64,000 nucleotides of DNA from an uncultured Acidobacteriota bacterium (GCA_963770895.1 CAVYRF010000002.1:3456001-3520000), one strand, 5' to 3'. Shown: positions 1 through 10,371, counted from the first letter of the stretch. Notes: generated by a model not told the origin, from the sequence alone. Made by a program: numbers and translations.

Positions 1-1947
1 GGGCAGCAGGTCTACGCCGCGACGTTGAACGGCCGTCAATACGCCTTCCTCGCCACCTCCACCGCCGACGGCCCCGGCGGGGTCTACATCTACGACCTGA
101 CCCAGGCGGTGCAGTACGACCACTGCACGGAGGCCGTGCCGCTCTCCGGAGCCAGCGTCAACTGTCCCGGCGTCTACCTGGGCCGGCTGGGCAGCCAGCA
201 GATCGCCTACTACGTCGCGGGCGTGGGCAGCTACGTGGTGCTGTCGAAGGGGTCGAGCGGCGGCTTCGAGATCTGGGACGTGTCGCAGCCCGCTGCCCCG
301 GTGCTGCGCCTTTCCGGGCTCACCTCGACCGCGGTCTACGGGGTCGCCATGTGGCAGGCGGGCGCCAGCACCTACCTGGCGCTGCGCACCAATACCGACG
401 GCCAAATCTACGACGTGAGCTGCATCGCCGCCGGCGGCGGCTGCGGCTCCGGCCTGGGGAGCCCGCTCGCCACGCGTTCGCTCGACACCGGCACGGCAAG
501 CTTCTTCGTCACCTTTTCGCAGAGCGGCGCCACGCCGTTTCTCTACTTCGGCTCGGACGACATCTGCCAAGGCGGCAGCCAGCGGGAGTGGCTGTTCGAC
601 GTGACCAATCCGGCGAGCCCGCTGGACGTGAGCCCGCCGAACTATTGGGGCTGGTACTACCGCGGCAACTCGACCGGCTTCAACAACGTGATGCCGCGCA
701 CCGGCAAGTTCGTCGGCGGCACCTTCTATCGCGCCGCGCTGTCGATCCTGGACATCCACAAATGGAACCCGGCCGGCAGCCCGACGCCGAACGTCTTCGT
801 CAGCGGTCCCGCCTACGGCCAGCCCGGGCAGCTGCTGACCTTCACCGCCACCACGGCGCTCTGCACCCCCAGCCCGTCGGGCTGGAGCTGGAGCGTCCCC
901 GGCGGATCGATCGCCGGCAGCGCCACGGGCAGCAGCGTGCAGGTGTCCTGGAGCGCCAACGGCCCACAGAGCGTCACCGCGGTCAACTCCGCTTGCGGCA
1001 CCGCCTCCGGCGTGCGCCAGGTCGCCATCGCGCCCGGCGGCGTCATCCTGGTGCCGCAAATCACCTACAGCCCTTCCGCTCCGGCGCCGGGCCAGGCCGT
1101 GACCTTCGACGCCGGCGGCTCCAGCGGCAACCCGACCGACTACCATTGGAGCTTCGGCGACGGCAGGGGCGGCACCGGGCGCACCGCCAGCCACACCTAC
1201 ACCACGGCGGGGACCTACAGCGTGAGGCTCACCATCGCGGCCGCCGGGTCCGGTCCGGCTTGTCCCACCGGCACCTGCACCGCGCAGACCACCACGGTCC
1301 TGGCGGTCGGTTCGACGCCGCCGCCGGACGCCAGCTTCACCACCAACGCCTCCTGCTCCGACCAGTTCGGCTTCCAGCAGTGCCAGGCCCAGGTCGGCGC
1401 GCCGGTTGCGTTCACCGCCACTTCGTCTCAAGCCAACACCTACACCTGGAACTTCGGCGACGGCAGCCAGGCGACCGGGCGCTCGGTGAGCCATGCCTGG
1501 AGCCAGGCCGGTTCCTACACGGTGACACTGACGGCCAGCAACGGCCAGCAGACCGCCGAGCAGACGATGCAGTTCCAGGTCGGCACCGCCGCGTCCGCCT
1601 GCACGGTCAGCGCGACCAACCTCTGTCTGCAGGCCGGCCGCTTCCAGGTGGACGTCGCCTGGACCACGCCGCAAGGCGCCAGCGGCGCCGGCCAGGCGGT
1701 GCCGCTCAGCGACGACACCGGCTACTTCTGGTTCTTCAGCGACACCAACGTCGAGATGGTGCTCAAGATCCTGAACGGCTGCGCCGTGAACCAGAACTTC
1801 TGGGTCTTCGCCGGCGGCCTGACCAACGTGCAGGTCGCCATCACCGTCACCGACACCGCGACCGGCAGCGTCCAGCACTACTCCAACCCGCAGGGGACTG
1901 CCTTCAAACCCATCCAGGACACCGGCGCCTTCGCCACCTGCCAGTGA
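1..1947 (+). CDS. Secreted PKD-domain protein with a conserved C-terminal GYFWFF...EMVLK...FWVFAGGLTNV domain (5' partial)
   Basis: The frame is open from base 1. PKD motifs: YHWSFGDG...SHTYTTAGTYSVRLT and YTWNFGDG...SHAWSQAGSYTVTLT. The C-terminal ~115 aa are paralogous to the end of 40183..41436. Confidence 0.85.
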   Translation, partial: GQQVYAATLNGRQYAFLATSTADGPGGVYIYDLTQAVQYDHCTEAVPLSGASVNCPGVYLGRLGSQQIAYYVAGVGSYVVLSKGSSGGFEIWDVSQPAAPVLRLSGLTSTAVYGVAMWQAGASTYLALRTNTDGQIYDVSCIAAGGGCGSGLGSPLATRSLDTGTASFFVTFSQSGATPFLYFGSDDICQGGSQREWLFDVTNPASPLDVSPPNYWGWYYRGNSTGFNNVMPRTGKFVGGTFYRAALSILDIHKWNPAGSPTPNVFVSGPAYGQPGQLLTFTATTALCTPSPSGWSWSVPGGSIAGSATGSSVQVSWSANGPQSVTAVNSACGTASGVRQVAIAPGGVILVPQITYSPSAPAPGQAVTFDAGGSSGNPTDYHWSFGDGRGGTGRTASHTYTTAGTYSVRLTIAAAGSGPACPTGTCTAQTTTVLAVGSTPPPDASFTTNASCSDQFGFQQCQAQVGAPVAFTATSSQANTYTWNFGDGSQATGRSVSHAWSQAGSYTVTLTASNGQQTAEQTMQFQVGTAASACTVSATNLCLQAGRFQVDVAWTTPQGASGAGQAVPLSDDTGYFWFFSDTNVEMVLKILNGCAVNQNFWVFAGGLTNVQVAITVTDTATGSVQHYSNPQGTAFKPIQDTGAFATCQ

Positions 1948-1949
1948 GC

Positions 1950-2045
1950 CGGGAGTCCCTGGAGGCCTGCCAGCGGGGCGAGGTCGGTCACTCCCTTGCA
2001 GCTCGACAGATCGAGGTTCTGAAGTCTCTGGAGGTTGGATATGGA
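1950..2045 (-). pseudogene. Leucine-rich-repeat fragment
   Basis: The minus strand translates to ISNLQRLQNLDLSSCKGVTDLAPLAGLQGL, about one LRR unit, with no plausible full gene around it. Confidence 0.45.
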
Positions 2046-2262
2046 GCGAGCTTCCTCAATCCGCAATCCGCCGCTCCGCCTCGGCCAGCTTTGTTTCCAC
2101 GATGCACGCATCTTAGCAAAATGAACTGGGGCCGTCGGTCGCCGCGTAGATGGGCGCAATGACAGAGGGCTTGCGTCACCTATGCGATCGGCGCTCCATC
2201 CTTTCGAGCCGAGATGGGTGATGGCGCCGTCAGAGGGTAGCGGCAGCGCTGGTGCGGTGCCG

Positions 2263-4047
2263 TCAGGGGTGCGGGGGCGTTCCTGGGCCGGGGGCCAGGT
2301 TGACCTGCTGCTCCGCTACGGGGAGCGGTGCGATCTGGCCGCTGCCTTTGGCGGCGACGGAGATCAGGTGACGGCCTGGTGGGATGCTGGCGGCGGGGAG
2401 GGTGGCGCGAAAGCCGGAGCTGGGCGGTTCCCCTGGGTCGTTGGCCGCCGGCGAGCGGTCGATGAAGCGAACCTGGGCCGGCACGCGGGTGCCGTCCACG
2501 TCGATCTCGAGCTCACGCGGCGGCACACCGTCGACGGTCGCCCATCCTTCTACCAGCAGCGGGTTGCCGGCGATCAGGGGCGCGGCGCCGCCGTTTGGCT
2601 GAGCGGGCGGGCCGCCGGCTGGCGCGATGCGGTCGATGGCGCCCCAGGCGCCGGTGTGGCGGTTCCAGAAGGCGAAGGCTGGATCGGGCCGGGCCAGGTT
2701 GTGCCTCAGCTCGACCAGGAAGGGGGTGTTGTCGAGATTCCAGGCGGCGTACATCGGACTGTGCCCGGGCACGATCTTGCGCAGCTTGAGATCGCTGGCG
2801 CCGATGTACCAGAAGGCGCCGATCGCCTGGATCGCCACGGCGGCAAGGACGCCGGCGGCGAACAGCGTGCGGCCGGGGGTGCGCAGCGTATCGAGCGCCG
2901 GCGGCAGCAGCCATACCAGGAGGGGCAGCAGGTCGGTGAGGAAGCGCGGCCCCCAGGACATGCCGGCGCGCCAATCGGTGTTGGCGTACAGCATCAGCTG
3001 GCCCAGCGCCGCTGCGCCGATCGCCAGGGTCAGGCGGCGCGGTCCCGGATCGGCATCGCGCAGGCCGCGGCGGACGGCTGGAAAGACCAGCAGCAGGAAC
3101 GGCGAGTAGACGAACAGACCGCGCGCCGGGCTGACCAGGAGCCCCGCGATGCCGCCCCACCAGTCGGCGTTGTTGAAGACCGCGTGGCTTGGGATGAGGG
3201 CGTAGGCGCCGAAGAGGCTGCCCACCCACCCCAGGTTGTAGACCAGGAGGAGGCCGAGCGGCAGCGCCCCACCCGCCAGCAGCCATCGCCAGCGCGGCCC
3301 CGTCCACCAGAGCGCATGGAGGCCGAGCGCCGCCGCCAGGATCGCGTCGGGTGGGCGGTTGGCGACCAGCAGCGCGCAGAGCGCTCCCAGCGCTGCGGCG
3401 CCACGCCGCCCGCTGCAAGGCTCGCTCAGCAGATAGAGCGCCCCGACCACCAGCAGCTCGGCCATCCCATGTTGCCAGAGCGCCTGGCTGCCGATCATCC
3501 AGGTGTCGGTGCCGAAGGCGAAGGCCAGCGCCAGCAGCAGCGCGCTCCAGCGCCGCGCCCGCCGCCGCAGCACCTGGTAAAAGAGCGCCACGGCCACCGC
3601 CGCCACCAGCGACGCCGACAGCTTTTCCATCAACGCCGCCACCCGCCGCAGCCGCCGCTCCGTCCAGCCGCGCAGGTCGAGGTAGGTCACCGCCGGCGCA
3701 TAGAGGGGCGCCACCGCCAGCGGCACTACGATCGGATAGAGCGACACCAGGTTCCAGTTGCGCCCCTGGGTGATCCAGTAGTGGTTGATGGCGTGACGCT
3801 CCAGGGTCGGCCGCTGGATCGGATTGAGCAGCACGCTCCCATAGCGCCAGATCCCGAACGGCAGGTAGCGCGCCGGCAGCGTGTCGCCGGCGCCGATGCA
3901 GCGCAAATTCGCGTTGTAGACCAAAAGACACAGGAGCAACAGCAGGGCGCTCGTCCGCCACTCGCGCCGATCGGTGCGGTCGAAGCCATCGCGCGCCTCG
4001 CGCCCGTCGCGCTCGGTGGGGATGGCGCCATGCGGTGTTGGCGGCAT
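2263..4047 (-). CDS. Multi-pass membrane protein, GT-C/PMT-like glycosyltransferase with a soluble C-terminal domain
   Basis: 594 aa with many TM helices and the motifs GDTLPARYLP, SQALWQHG, LLVSPARGLFVYSP and WGPRFL. The C-terminus is Ig-like (VEGWA...GRHLISV). Confidence 0.6.
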   Translation of the reverse strand: MPPTPHGAIPTERDGREARDGFDRTDRREWRTSALLLLLCLLVYNANLRCIGAGDTLPARYLPFGIWRYGSVLLNPIQRPTLERHAINHYWITQGRNWNLVSLYPIVVPLAVAPLYAPAVTYLDLRGWTERRLRRVAALMEKLSASLVAAVAVALFYQVLRRRARRWSALLLALAFAFGTDTWMIGSQALWQHGMAELLVVGALYLLSEPCSGRRGAAALGALCALLVANRPPDAILAAALGLHALWWTGPRWRWLLAGGALPLGLLLVYNLGWVGSLFGAYALIPSHAVFNNADWWGGIAGLLVSPARGLFVYSPFLLLVFPAVRRGLRDADPGPRRLTLAIGAAALGQLMLYANTDWRAGMSWGPRFLTDLLPLLVWLLPPALDTLRTPGRTLFAAGVLAAVAIQAIGAFWYIGASDLKLRKIVPGHSPMYAAWNLDNTPFLVELRHNLARPDPAFAFWNRHTGAWGAIDRIAPAGGPPAQPNGGAAPLIAGNPLLVEGWATVDGVPPRELEIDVDGTRVPAQVRFIDRSPAANDPGEPPSSGFRATLPAASIPPGRHLISVAAKGSGQIAPLPVAEQQVNLAPGPGTPPHP

Positions 4048-4056
4048 TGGCTAGGT

Positions 4057-7000
4057 CTACGGCGGTGCGCCGGCCAGTGTCACGTTCCTGACGTTGCCAT
4101 CCGGGGAGCGGCCGAGCAGCAGCGAGAAGGGGTCGATGCCTGCTTTTTCCGGCAGCTCGGCGGTCGCGAAGGTGAAGGTCGACAGGCGTTGGGAGATGTG
4201 CACGCGCTGGCGGTAGAGGGTGCCGCCGTACTGCGCGCCCGCCGCGGGCTTGCGGAAGGCGCCGAGGTCGATCCAGTCGTCCACCGGCACCTCGGTCTCC
4301 TTGCCGGCGCCATCCGCCTTGAACTTGCGCACTTCGACTTGCAGGGTGACGTCGTATCGCCCGTCGCTGCGGCGGGTCGCGGTGGCGGCCAAAGTGCGGT
4401 TCGCAAACAGGGTGATGTCGGCGAAGAGGTCCTGGAGCAGGTAGCGCCGGTCGGGCGGCGTCTCCTCGCGCAGGGCGTCGACCAGGGCGTAGGAGGTGGG
4501 GTAGGGCGGCGGCGCGTAGGCGTATTTTTCGACCAGCTTGCGCAGGGCGCGATTGACCGCCTCTTCGCCGATCGCCTCTTTCATCGCATAGAGCGCCACC
4601 GCGCCCTTTTGATAGAACACGTAGAACTGGCGGAGCTCGACCCGGAGGAGGGGCCGCTCGCGCAGCCTTTCCTGGCCGCGAGCGCTGAGGTATAGATCCT
4701 GCTCGTAACGCAGGAGCTTGCGCATCATGCCGCGGCCGTACTCCTTTTCCATCACCATCAAGGCGGAGTATTGCGCCAGGGTTTCGGACAGGAGCGTCGC
4801 ACCCTCCATGTCGGCGCCGATGACCTGTTCGTCCCACCACTGGTGCGCCGTCTCGTGCGCCACGACGAAGAAAACCGTATCGATGTCGCCTGGCTGGTTG
4901 CGATCGGCGATGAAGCCCAGGCCCTCCGAAAAGGGCATGCTGCCGGCGAAGGCCGCGGCAAAGCCGGCGACGCGGGGGAACTCGACGATGCGCGCCTGCT
5001 TGTGCCGGTAGGGCCCGAAGTTTTGCGAGCAGTAGTCGAGCGCCTTGCGCATGCCGTTCATCATCCGCCCGACGTTCCAGGGGTGCTCCTTGAGGTGGTA
5101 GACCTCGAGCTTGACGCCGTGCCACTCCTCGCGAGCGACCTCGTAGCGGGCCGCGGCGAAAAAGTAGAGATTCATCGAGGGGTGGTCGAGCCGGTAGGCG
5201 AAATAGCGGCGGCCGCCCTGCTGCCATTGCCCCACGAGCGACCCCGGAGCCACCGCGATCTGGTCGGGCGGCGTGCTGATGACGGCGCCGATGTCCACCC
5301 AATCGGCGTGGCCGGGAATGTAGGTGTCGCGGCAGCGGGCTGTGCAGTCCCGTTCCAGCGGCGGCATGAGGTCGACCTCGCGCAGGCCGTATCTCTTGCG
5401 GGTTGCGGCGTCGGTGAGCTCACGCCACGAGTCATAGCCGAGGACCGGGGCCAGGTAGTTGGCGCCGGTGACGAGCGAGCCCAGGTTGCTCAGGAAGGTG
5501 CCGTTCTCCACGATCTGCGCGTTGCTGAGCTCATTTTCGAATCCGCGATGTCTGCTCTGCACGGTGAAGCGCAGGGTGCGCAGTTCGCCGGGCGCCAGGG
5601 GGACGGCGAAGCGGTAGCGGCGGAAGGAGAGCCGCCGGTCGTCGTCGACCAACACCGCCCCCGGCAGGGAGATCGCCGTCTCGTAGCGCCGGTCGAGGGA
5701 AAAGTGCACCTCCGTCAGGGGGTAGGGATACGGATTGGCGATGAGCTCTTCGCCGCGAATTTCCACCCGGCGGCTGGCGGGGAACAGATCGATCGCGTAG
5801 CTGACGCTGCGCACGCGCGGCTCGGGCCGGCCGGCGAGCGGTTTGTAGGCTTTTTCATAGTCCGCCTGGAGCCGCTCGGCGTCCCGCGGTCCCAGCAGGG
5901 GGTTGAGGATCGCCGTGTCGTACCAGATGAAGCTGCCGCTTGCTGCCACGCCGAGCCCGCAGACGGCGGTCGCCGCCCGCCATCGCGGGCCGTATCGCCG
6001 GCGCGCGCTGTCGAGCCGCAGGCGCCAGGGTTCTGACCTGCCGCGCGGCCAGAACATCACTGTCGCGATGGCGAGGAGGGCGGCCCAGAGCAGCCAATAG
6101 AGCGTGAACCAGTTCCAGGCCAGCCGGTAGGGCGCGTCGCCGAAGAAGTCCGAATTGACGACCTTGGGCCTGCTGGCAAACTGCGCCAGGTGGGTCGCCA
6201 CGTCGAGCGCCGGCCAGAGGTAGGTATTGACCACATAGACGGCGATGAAAGCGACGTAACCAACGTACTTGTTGGGCGCCAGGACGTGGATGAAGAGCGC
6301 CAGAACCGCAAGGCACACGATGCCCGAGGCGTCGCGCAGAAAGAGCTCGTGCGCATAGAGACCCAGCTGGAAGCGGTAGTAGCCGTGCAGCGCCTGGGAA
6401 GCGATGCCCGCGATGAGCGCCACGGCCTGGATCGACATCACCATGCCGACCAGGGTGACCAGCCGGGCGGCATAGGACACCACCTCCGGCGTCGGCGTGG
6501 CGTCCAGGATGGCGTCCATTCGGTCGTCGCGGTCCTTCCACACCAGGGCACCGGAAAAATAGGTGATGATGACCAGCAGAAACAGGTCGATGGCCTGGCG
6601 GACGATCTCGATAACCTGATAGGTGACGGGCAGGACCCGATAGGTTTCGTTGCTCTGCAACTGCGTCGCCGGCTCGGCCAGGGCCAGGGCGCAAAGGCTG
6701 CAACCGATCGTCGCGATGACCACGAAGGCGGTGTTTTTCGCCATGCCCCGGAAGTGCAGCGTGCAGGAGCCCCAGAAGCGCGGCCACAGCGCCGCCGTGA
6801 GGCGCGGCCGCGGCGCTTCGTGGTCAGCCGGACCGGTTTGCGGTGCGGCGTCCGCGGCCGGCGCGCCGCGCTTTGCCGGGCGCTCGACGGTGCTGAAGCG
6901 GGCGTACGCCAGCGCCAAGGCGGCGCCCCCCACCGCGATCCAGACGCCGCGATTGAGCAGCAGCGGCCCGCCGAGGGCGATGGCCAGCGTCTTCTTGTCG

Positions 7001-7677
7001 GCCACCGTCCAGTACTTGGTGGCGAGGGCAAACGCCCGCACGCCGAAGGGGTCGAGCAGCGCCCGCAGGTTTTCCCAGCGCAGGTCCTGAAAGAGGCTGC
7101 CGGCCAGGGCGCGGCTGGTGAAGAGCGCGATGGCGGCGGCAAAGGATGCCAGCTCGCGGCGCCCCAGGACGGCGGCGGCAAAGAGCAGCGCGGCGCTGAC
7201 GAAGGTGTCGGGCAGGGCGAAAAGCGCAAAGGCCGTCGCATGCGCCTGCCAGTTGACCGCCCCCCAACGCTCGGGATCCACCCATGGCATGTGCTGGGCA
7301 AGGAGGATGCCGCACGAGACGCCGAGCATGGGGATCAGCGAAACCACGGTGGCGCCCACGAAGCGTCCCACCAGGAGGTCGCGCCGCCGCACGGGGGTTG
7401 AGAAGATCAGCGGCTGGGTGTTGTAGGCGAAGTCGCGCAACGCCGCATAGTTGATAAAAATGGCCGTCATGAGGAGAGTGAACATCCCCGCGGCGGCATA
7501 GGCGAAGGCGATGGCGAACGGCGCGTTGCGATAGGTATTGGCAAGACCGAGCTCCGCCATGACCTCGTCGGAGCTGCAGGCGCCACAGATCAGGAGGCCG
7601 ACCGTTAGCAGGCAGGCCCATAACAGGACGGAGCGGAGCCAGAAGCGAATCTCGAACCAGGCGACGCCCCAGAGCAT
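4057..7677 (-). CDS. ABC transporter permease / M1 aminopeptidase fusion
   Basis: Two ABC-2-type membrane blocks followed by HETAHQWW and the downstream SETLAQY zinc ligand. Adjacent to an ABC ATPase. Confidence 0.9.
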   Translation of the reverse strand: MLWGVAWFEIRFWLRSVLLWACLLTVGLLICGACSSDEVMAELGLANTYRNAPFAIAFAYAAAGMFTLLMTAIFINYAALRDFAYNTQPLIFSTPVRRRDLLVGRFVGATVVSLIPMLGVSCGILLAQHMPWVDPERWGAVNWQAHATAFALFALPDTFVSAALLFAAAVLGRRELASFAAAIALFTSRALAGSLFQDLRWENLRALLDPFGVRAFALATKYWTVADKKTLAIALGGPLLLNRGVWIAVGGAALALAYARFSTVERPAKRGAPAADAAPQTGPADHEAPRPRLTAALWPRFWGSCTLHFRGMAKNTAFVVIATIGCSLCALALAEPATQLQSNETYRVLPVTYQVIEIVRQAIDLFLLVIITYFSGALVWKDRDDRMDAILDATPTPEVVSYAARLVTLVGMVMSIQAVALIAGIASQALHGYYRFQLGLYAHELFLRDASGIVCLAVLALFIHVLAPNKYVGYVAFIAVYVVNTYLWPALDVATHLAQFASRPKVVNSDFFGDAPYRLAWNWFTLYWLLWAALLAIATVMFWPRGRSEPWRLRLDSARRRYGPRWRAATAVCGLGVAASGSFIWYDTAILNPLLGPRDAERLQADYEKAYKPLAGRPEPRVRSVSYAIDLFPASRRVEIRGEELIANPYPYPLTEVHFSLDRRYETAISLPGAVLVDDDRRLSFRRYRFAVPLAPGELRTLRFTVQSRHRGFENELSNAQIVENGTFLSNLGSLVTGANYLAPVLGYDSWRELTDAATRKRYGLREVDLMPPLERDCTARCRDTYIPGHADWVDIGAVISTPPDQIAVAPGSLVGQWQQGGRRYFAYRLDHPSMNLYFFAAARYEVAREEWHGVKLEVYHLKEHPWNVGRMMNGMRKALDYCSQNFGPYRHKQARIVEFPRVAGFAAAFAGSMPFSEGLGFIADRNQPGDIDTVFFVVAHETAHQWWDEQVIGADMEGATLLSETLAQYSALMVMEKEYGRGMMRKLLRYEQDLYLSARGQERLRERPLLRVELRQFYVFYQKGAVALYAMKEAIGEEAVNRALRKLVEKYAYAPPPYPTSYALVDALREETPPDRRYLLQDLFADITLFANRTLAATATRRSDGRYDVTLQVEVRKFKADGAGKETEVPVDDWIDLGAFRKPAAGAQYGGTLYRQRVHISQRLSTFTFATAELPEKAGIDPFSLLLGRSPDGNVRNVTLAGAPP

Positions 7678-7686
7678 GGAACCCGG

Positions 7687-8574
7687 CTAATTCCGCGCGC
7701 GGATGGCGGTGAAGAAGACGTCTTCGAGGTCTGGCGCGCAGGGGGTGAACCCGTCGCCGGGAGGCGAGTCGCTATGGACGTGCAGCAGGCGGCGGCCGGC
7801 GACCAGGCGGCTCGAAACGACCTGGTAGCGACTCTCGTAGGGGGCGAGCTCGCTGTTGGCGATCGAGATCTGCCAGATTTTTCCCGCCAGTTGGGCGATT
7901 GCATCCTGGGGGCGTCCCTGGTAGAGCACCTGGCCCCGGTGGAGGATCGCCGTCTTGGTGCACAGGTCCGTGACGTCCTCGACGATGTGGGTCGAAAGAA
8001 TCACGATCACCTGCTCGCCGATCTCGGCCAGGAGATTGTAGAAACGGTTGCGTTCGCCGGGGTCCAGCCCCGCGGTCGGCTCGTCGACGATGAGCAGCTG
8101 CGGGTTGCCGATGAGGGCCTGGGCGATGCCGAAGCGCTGGCGCATGCCGCCGGAGAAGCCGGTGAGCGCCTGCTTGCGGTGGTCGTATAGATTGCAGCGC
8201 TTGAGGAGCCAGGCGACGACCTCGCGCCGCTGCCTGGCGTTGGTGACGCCCTTGAGCAAGGCGATGTGGCCGAGCAGGTCCTGGGCCGAGGTGCGGGGGT
8301 AGACGCCGAAATCCTGCGGCAGGTAGCCGAGCCTCCGCCGCACTTCGTCCTTGCTCGCCAGGACGTCGACGTCGCCGAGCGCGATCGTGCCGCAGTCGGG
8401 CTCCTGCAGGGTGGCGAGCGTTCGCATCAGGGTGGACTTGCCGGCGCCGTTCGGACCGAGAAGCCCGAACATGCCGCTCGGGATGGTCAGCGAAACGTCG
8501 TCCAGGGCCTTGACCCCGTTGCCGTAGGTCTTCGAGAGGTGCGCGATGCGCAGCTCGATGTTCGCCGCGGCCAT
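7687..8574 (-). CDS. ABC transporter ATP-binding protein
   Basis: Walker A GPNGAGKST, signature FSGGMRQR, Walker B LLIVDEP. Start taken at MAAANIELR. Confidence 0.93.
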   Translation of the reverse strand: MAAANIELRIAHLSKTYGNGVKALDDVSLTIPSGMFGLLGPNGAGKSTLMRTLATLQEPDCGTIALGDVDVLASKDEVRRRLGYLPQDFGVYPRTSAQDLLGHIALLKGVTNARQRREVVAWLLKRCNLYDHRKQALTGFSGGMRQRFGIAQALIGNPQLLIVDEPTAGLDPGERNRFYNLLAEIGEQVIVILSTHIVEDVTDLCTKTAILHRGQVLYQGRPQDAIAQLAGKIWQISIANSELAPYESRYQVVSSRLVAGRRLLHVHSDSPPGDGFTPCAPDLEDVFFTAIRARN

Positions 8575-8728
8575 GAGTCGCTCTCCTGCTGCGGGATGTC
8601 CGTTGCGGTCGTCGTCGTGGCGGTTGCCGGGCCCAACGCCGCCCGCAAGGCGGGATGCTGTCCATACGCGCCGCGGCGGTGGTTGTTTCCGCGGCGCTGG
8701 GCGCCGCGGAGGCTGGAAGGGCGTACCC

Positions 8729-9889
8729 TTACGGGGCCGCGGCAGAGCCTGCGGGCGGCAGGTCGGCACCGGTGGCGAGGCCGCGGCCGGAGGCCAGGTA
8801 GACGGCGAAGCTGCCCAGCCAGTGGCCGCCCTCGTAGTGGGCGCCGGTCACGGCCGCCAGCCCGGCGGCGCGGTGCAGGGCGGCGGCGGCGCGCAGGGCG
8901 GGGAGGTGCGGGTCGCCGGCGGGAAGCGCGGTGGCGATGCCTTCGAGCATCCAGGCGCGCGACAGGTTGAGCCCGTCGAGGTGCGCCAGCTTGCCGTCGG
9001 TGGGATCGGTGACGACGCCGATCGGCAGCCAGTCGCCCGCCGCGGGGCCGGCGACCGGGATGGCCGGCAGGAAGCGGCCCAGCCAGGGGGCGAAGGCGGG
9101 CGGCGGCAGGATGCGGCGCATCAGGTCCGCCTCTGCCAGGCACGGCGAAAGGAAGTCTTCGCCCGAGGGTTCGTAGGCCAGCGGGCAGGCCTGGTCGTTG
9201 CCGTAGAGCTCCTGGGCTCGCCGCGCGAAGAGCGCCTCCGCCGCGGGGTCGCCCACGGTGCGCGCCCAATCGAGCGCCAGGCCGAGCGAAAAAGCGGTCT
9301 GGTTGTGCTCGCCGATGCGCACCGGGTGGGTGAGCTTGGGCAGCCACGCGGTCATCCGCGCCGCGACCGCCTGGGCGAGCGGCGAGACGGCCCTGGCCCA
9401 GCGCTCACCTTGCGGGTCGTGCCATTCGTGCAGCTCGGCGTCCAGCTGGAGCAGCCAGGCCAGGCCGTAGGGGCGCTCGAAGGTCTCGCGGCCGGCGGCC
9501 GTCAGGTAGGCCGTCTCCGCCGCCAGGTTGTCAGGCGTCAAGTGCCGGTCGAGGGCGGCGCGCACCCGCGCGGCGAACGGCGCGCCGGGGAACAGGCGCA
9601 GCAGGCGCACCAGCAGCCAGTGGCCATGGACAGCCGAATGCCAGTCGTAGCAGCCGAAAAAGGCCGGCGTCAGCTGGCGGGGTGGGCGGACGTCGGCATC
9701 CGAAGCCAGCGCGTGGGAGATCTTGTTGGGGTACTCCCGGTCGACACAGGCCAGGGCCAGGTCCGCGAACCGCTCGGCGGCGGCAGCGTCGAACGACGCC
9801 GCGGGCACCGCGGGCGCCGCGGCAACCGGCGCCGCCTGTGCAGCCGGCGGCACCGCCAGAACCATTCCCAGGAGCACGCCCGCGATCAC
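8729..9889 (-). CDS. DUF2891 family protein (secreted)
   Basis: Motifs REYPNK, PAFFGCYDWHSAVHGHW, HLDGLNLSRAW and YEGGHWLGSFA. Signal peptide present. Confidence 0.85.
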   Translation of the reverse strand: MIAGVLLGMVLAVPPAAQAAPVAAAPAVPAASFDAAAAERFADLALACVDREYPNKISHALASDADVRPPRQLTPAFFGCYDWHSAVHGHWLLVRLLRLFPGAPFAARVRAALDRHLTPDNLAAETAYLTAAGRETFERPYGLAWLLQLDAELHEWHDPQGERWARAVSPLAQAVAARMTAWLPKLTHPVRIGEHNQTAFSLGLALDWARTVGDPAAEALFARRAQELYGNDQACPLAYEPSGEDFLSPCLAEADLMRRILPPPAFAPWLGRFLPAIPVAGPAAGDWLPIGVVTDPTDGKLAHLDGLNLSRAWMLEGIATALPAGDPHLPALRAAAALHRAAGLAAVTGAHYEGGHWLGSFAVYLASGRGLATGADLPPAGSAAAP

Positions 9890-9984
9890 CGGCCGATGCT
9901 ATCACCGGCCCAGGCGCGCCGGCCTCACGGCGCCGCCGGGCCGGGCGGCTTCCGGCAGCGGCGGCGGGGGGCGGATGGACTGGT

Positions 9985-10371
9985 CTAGATCGCGGCCGCG
10001 CCGGTCTGGAGGCGGCGGTAGAAGAAGTACGACAGGCTCCAGAGGACGGCGGTGCCCACCGCCCAGCTCCACGTCGCGACGCCGTCGCCGACGGCGAAGT
10101 GGGCGACCAGCGCCGAAACCAGGTTGATGGCGAAGCCGGCGTAGGCCCACTCCTTGAGGCGGGCGGGGACCATGGGGATGAGCAGCGCGGCCACGCCCGC
10201 CAGCTTGGCCCACGAGAGCTCGACGCGGAAATAGGCGGGGAAGCCCAGGTGGACGAACTCCGCGGCCACCTGGGGGAGGTGCAGCTGGGCGTAGGCGGTG
10301 AAGCCCATCTGCAGCGCAAAGAGTGCGGTGGAGATCCAGAAGCATGCGACCAGCGCTTTGGAGGGCTTCAC
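9985..10371 (-). CDS. DoxX-like family membrane protein
   Basis: HLGFPAYF...LKEWAYAGF motif. GTG start lies immediately after the SRPBCC stop. Confidence 0.85.
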   Translation of the reverse strand: MKPSKALVACFWISTALFALQMGFTAYAQLHLPQVAAEFVHLGFPAYFRVELSWAKLAGVAALLIPMVPARLKEWAYAGFAINLVSALVAHFAVGDGVATWSWAVGTAVLWSLSYFFYRRLQTGAAAI

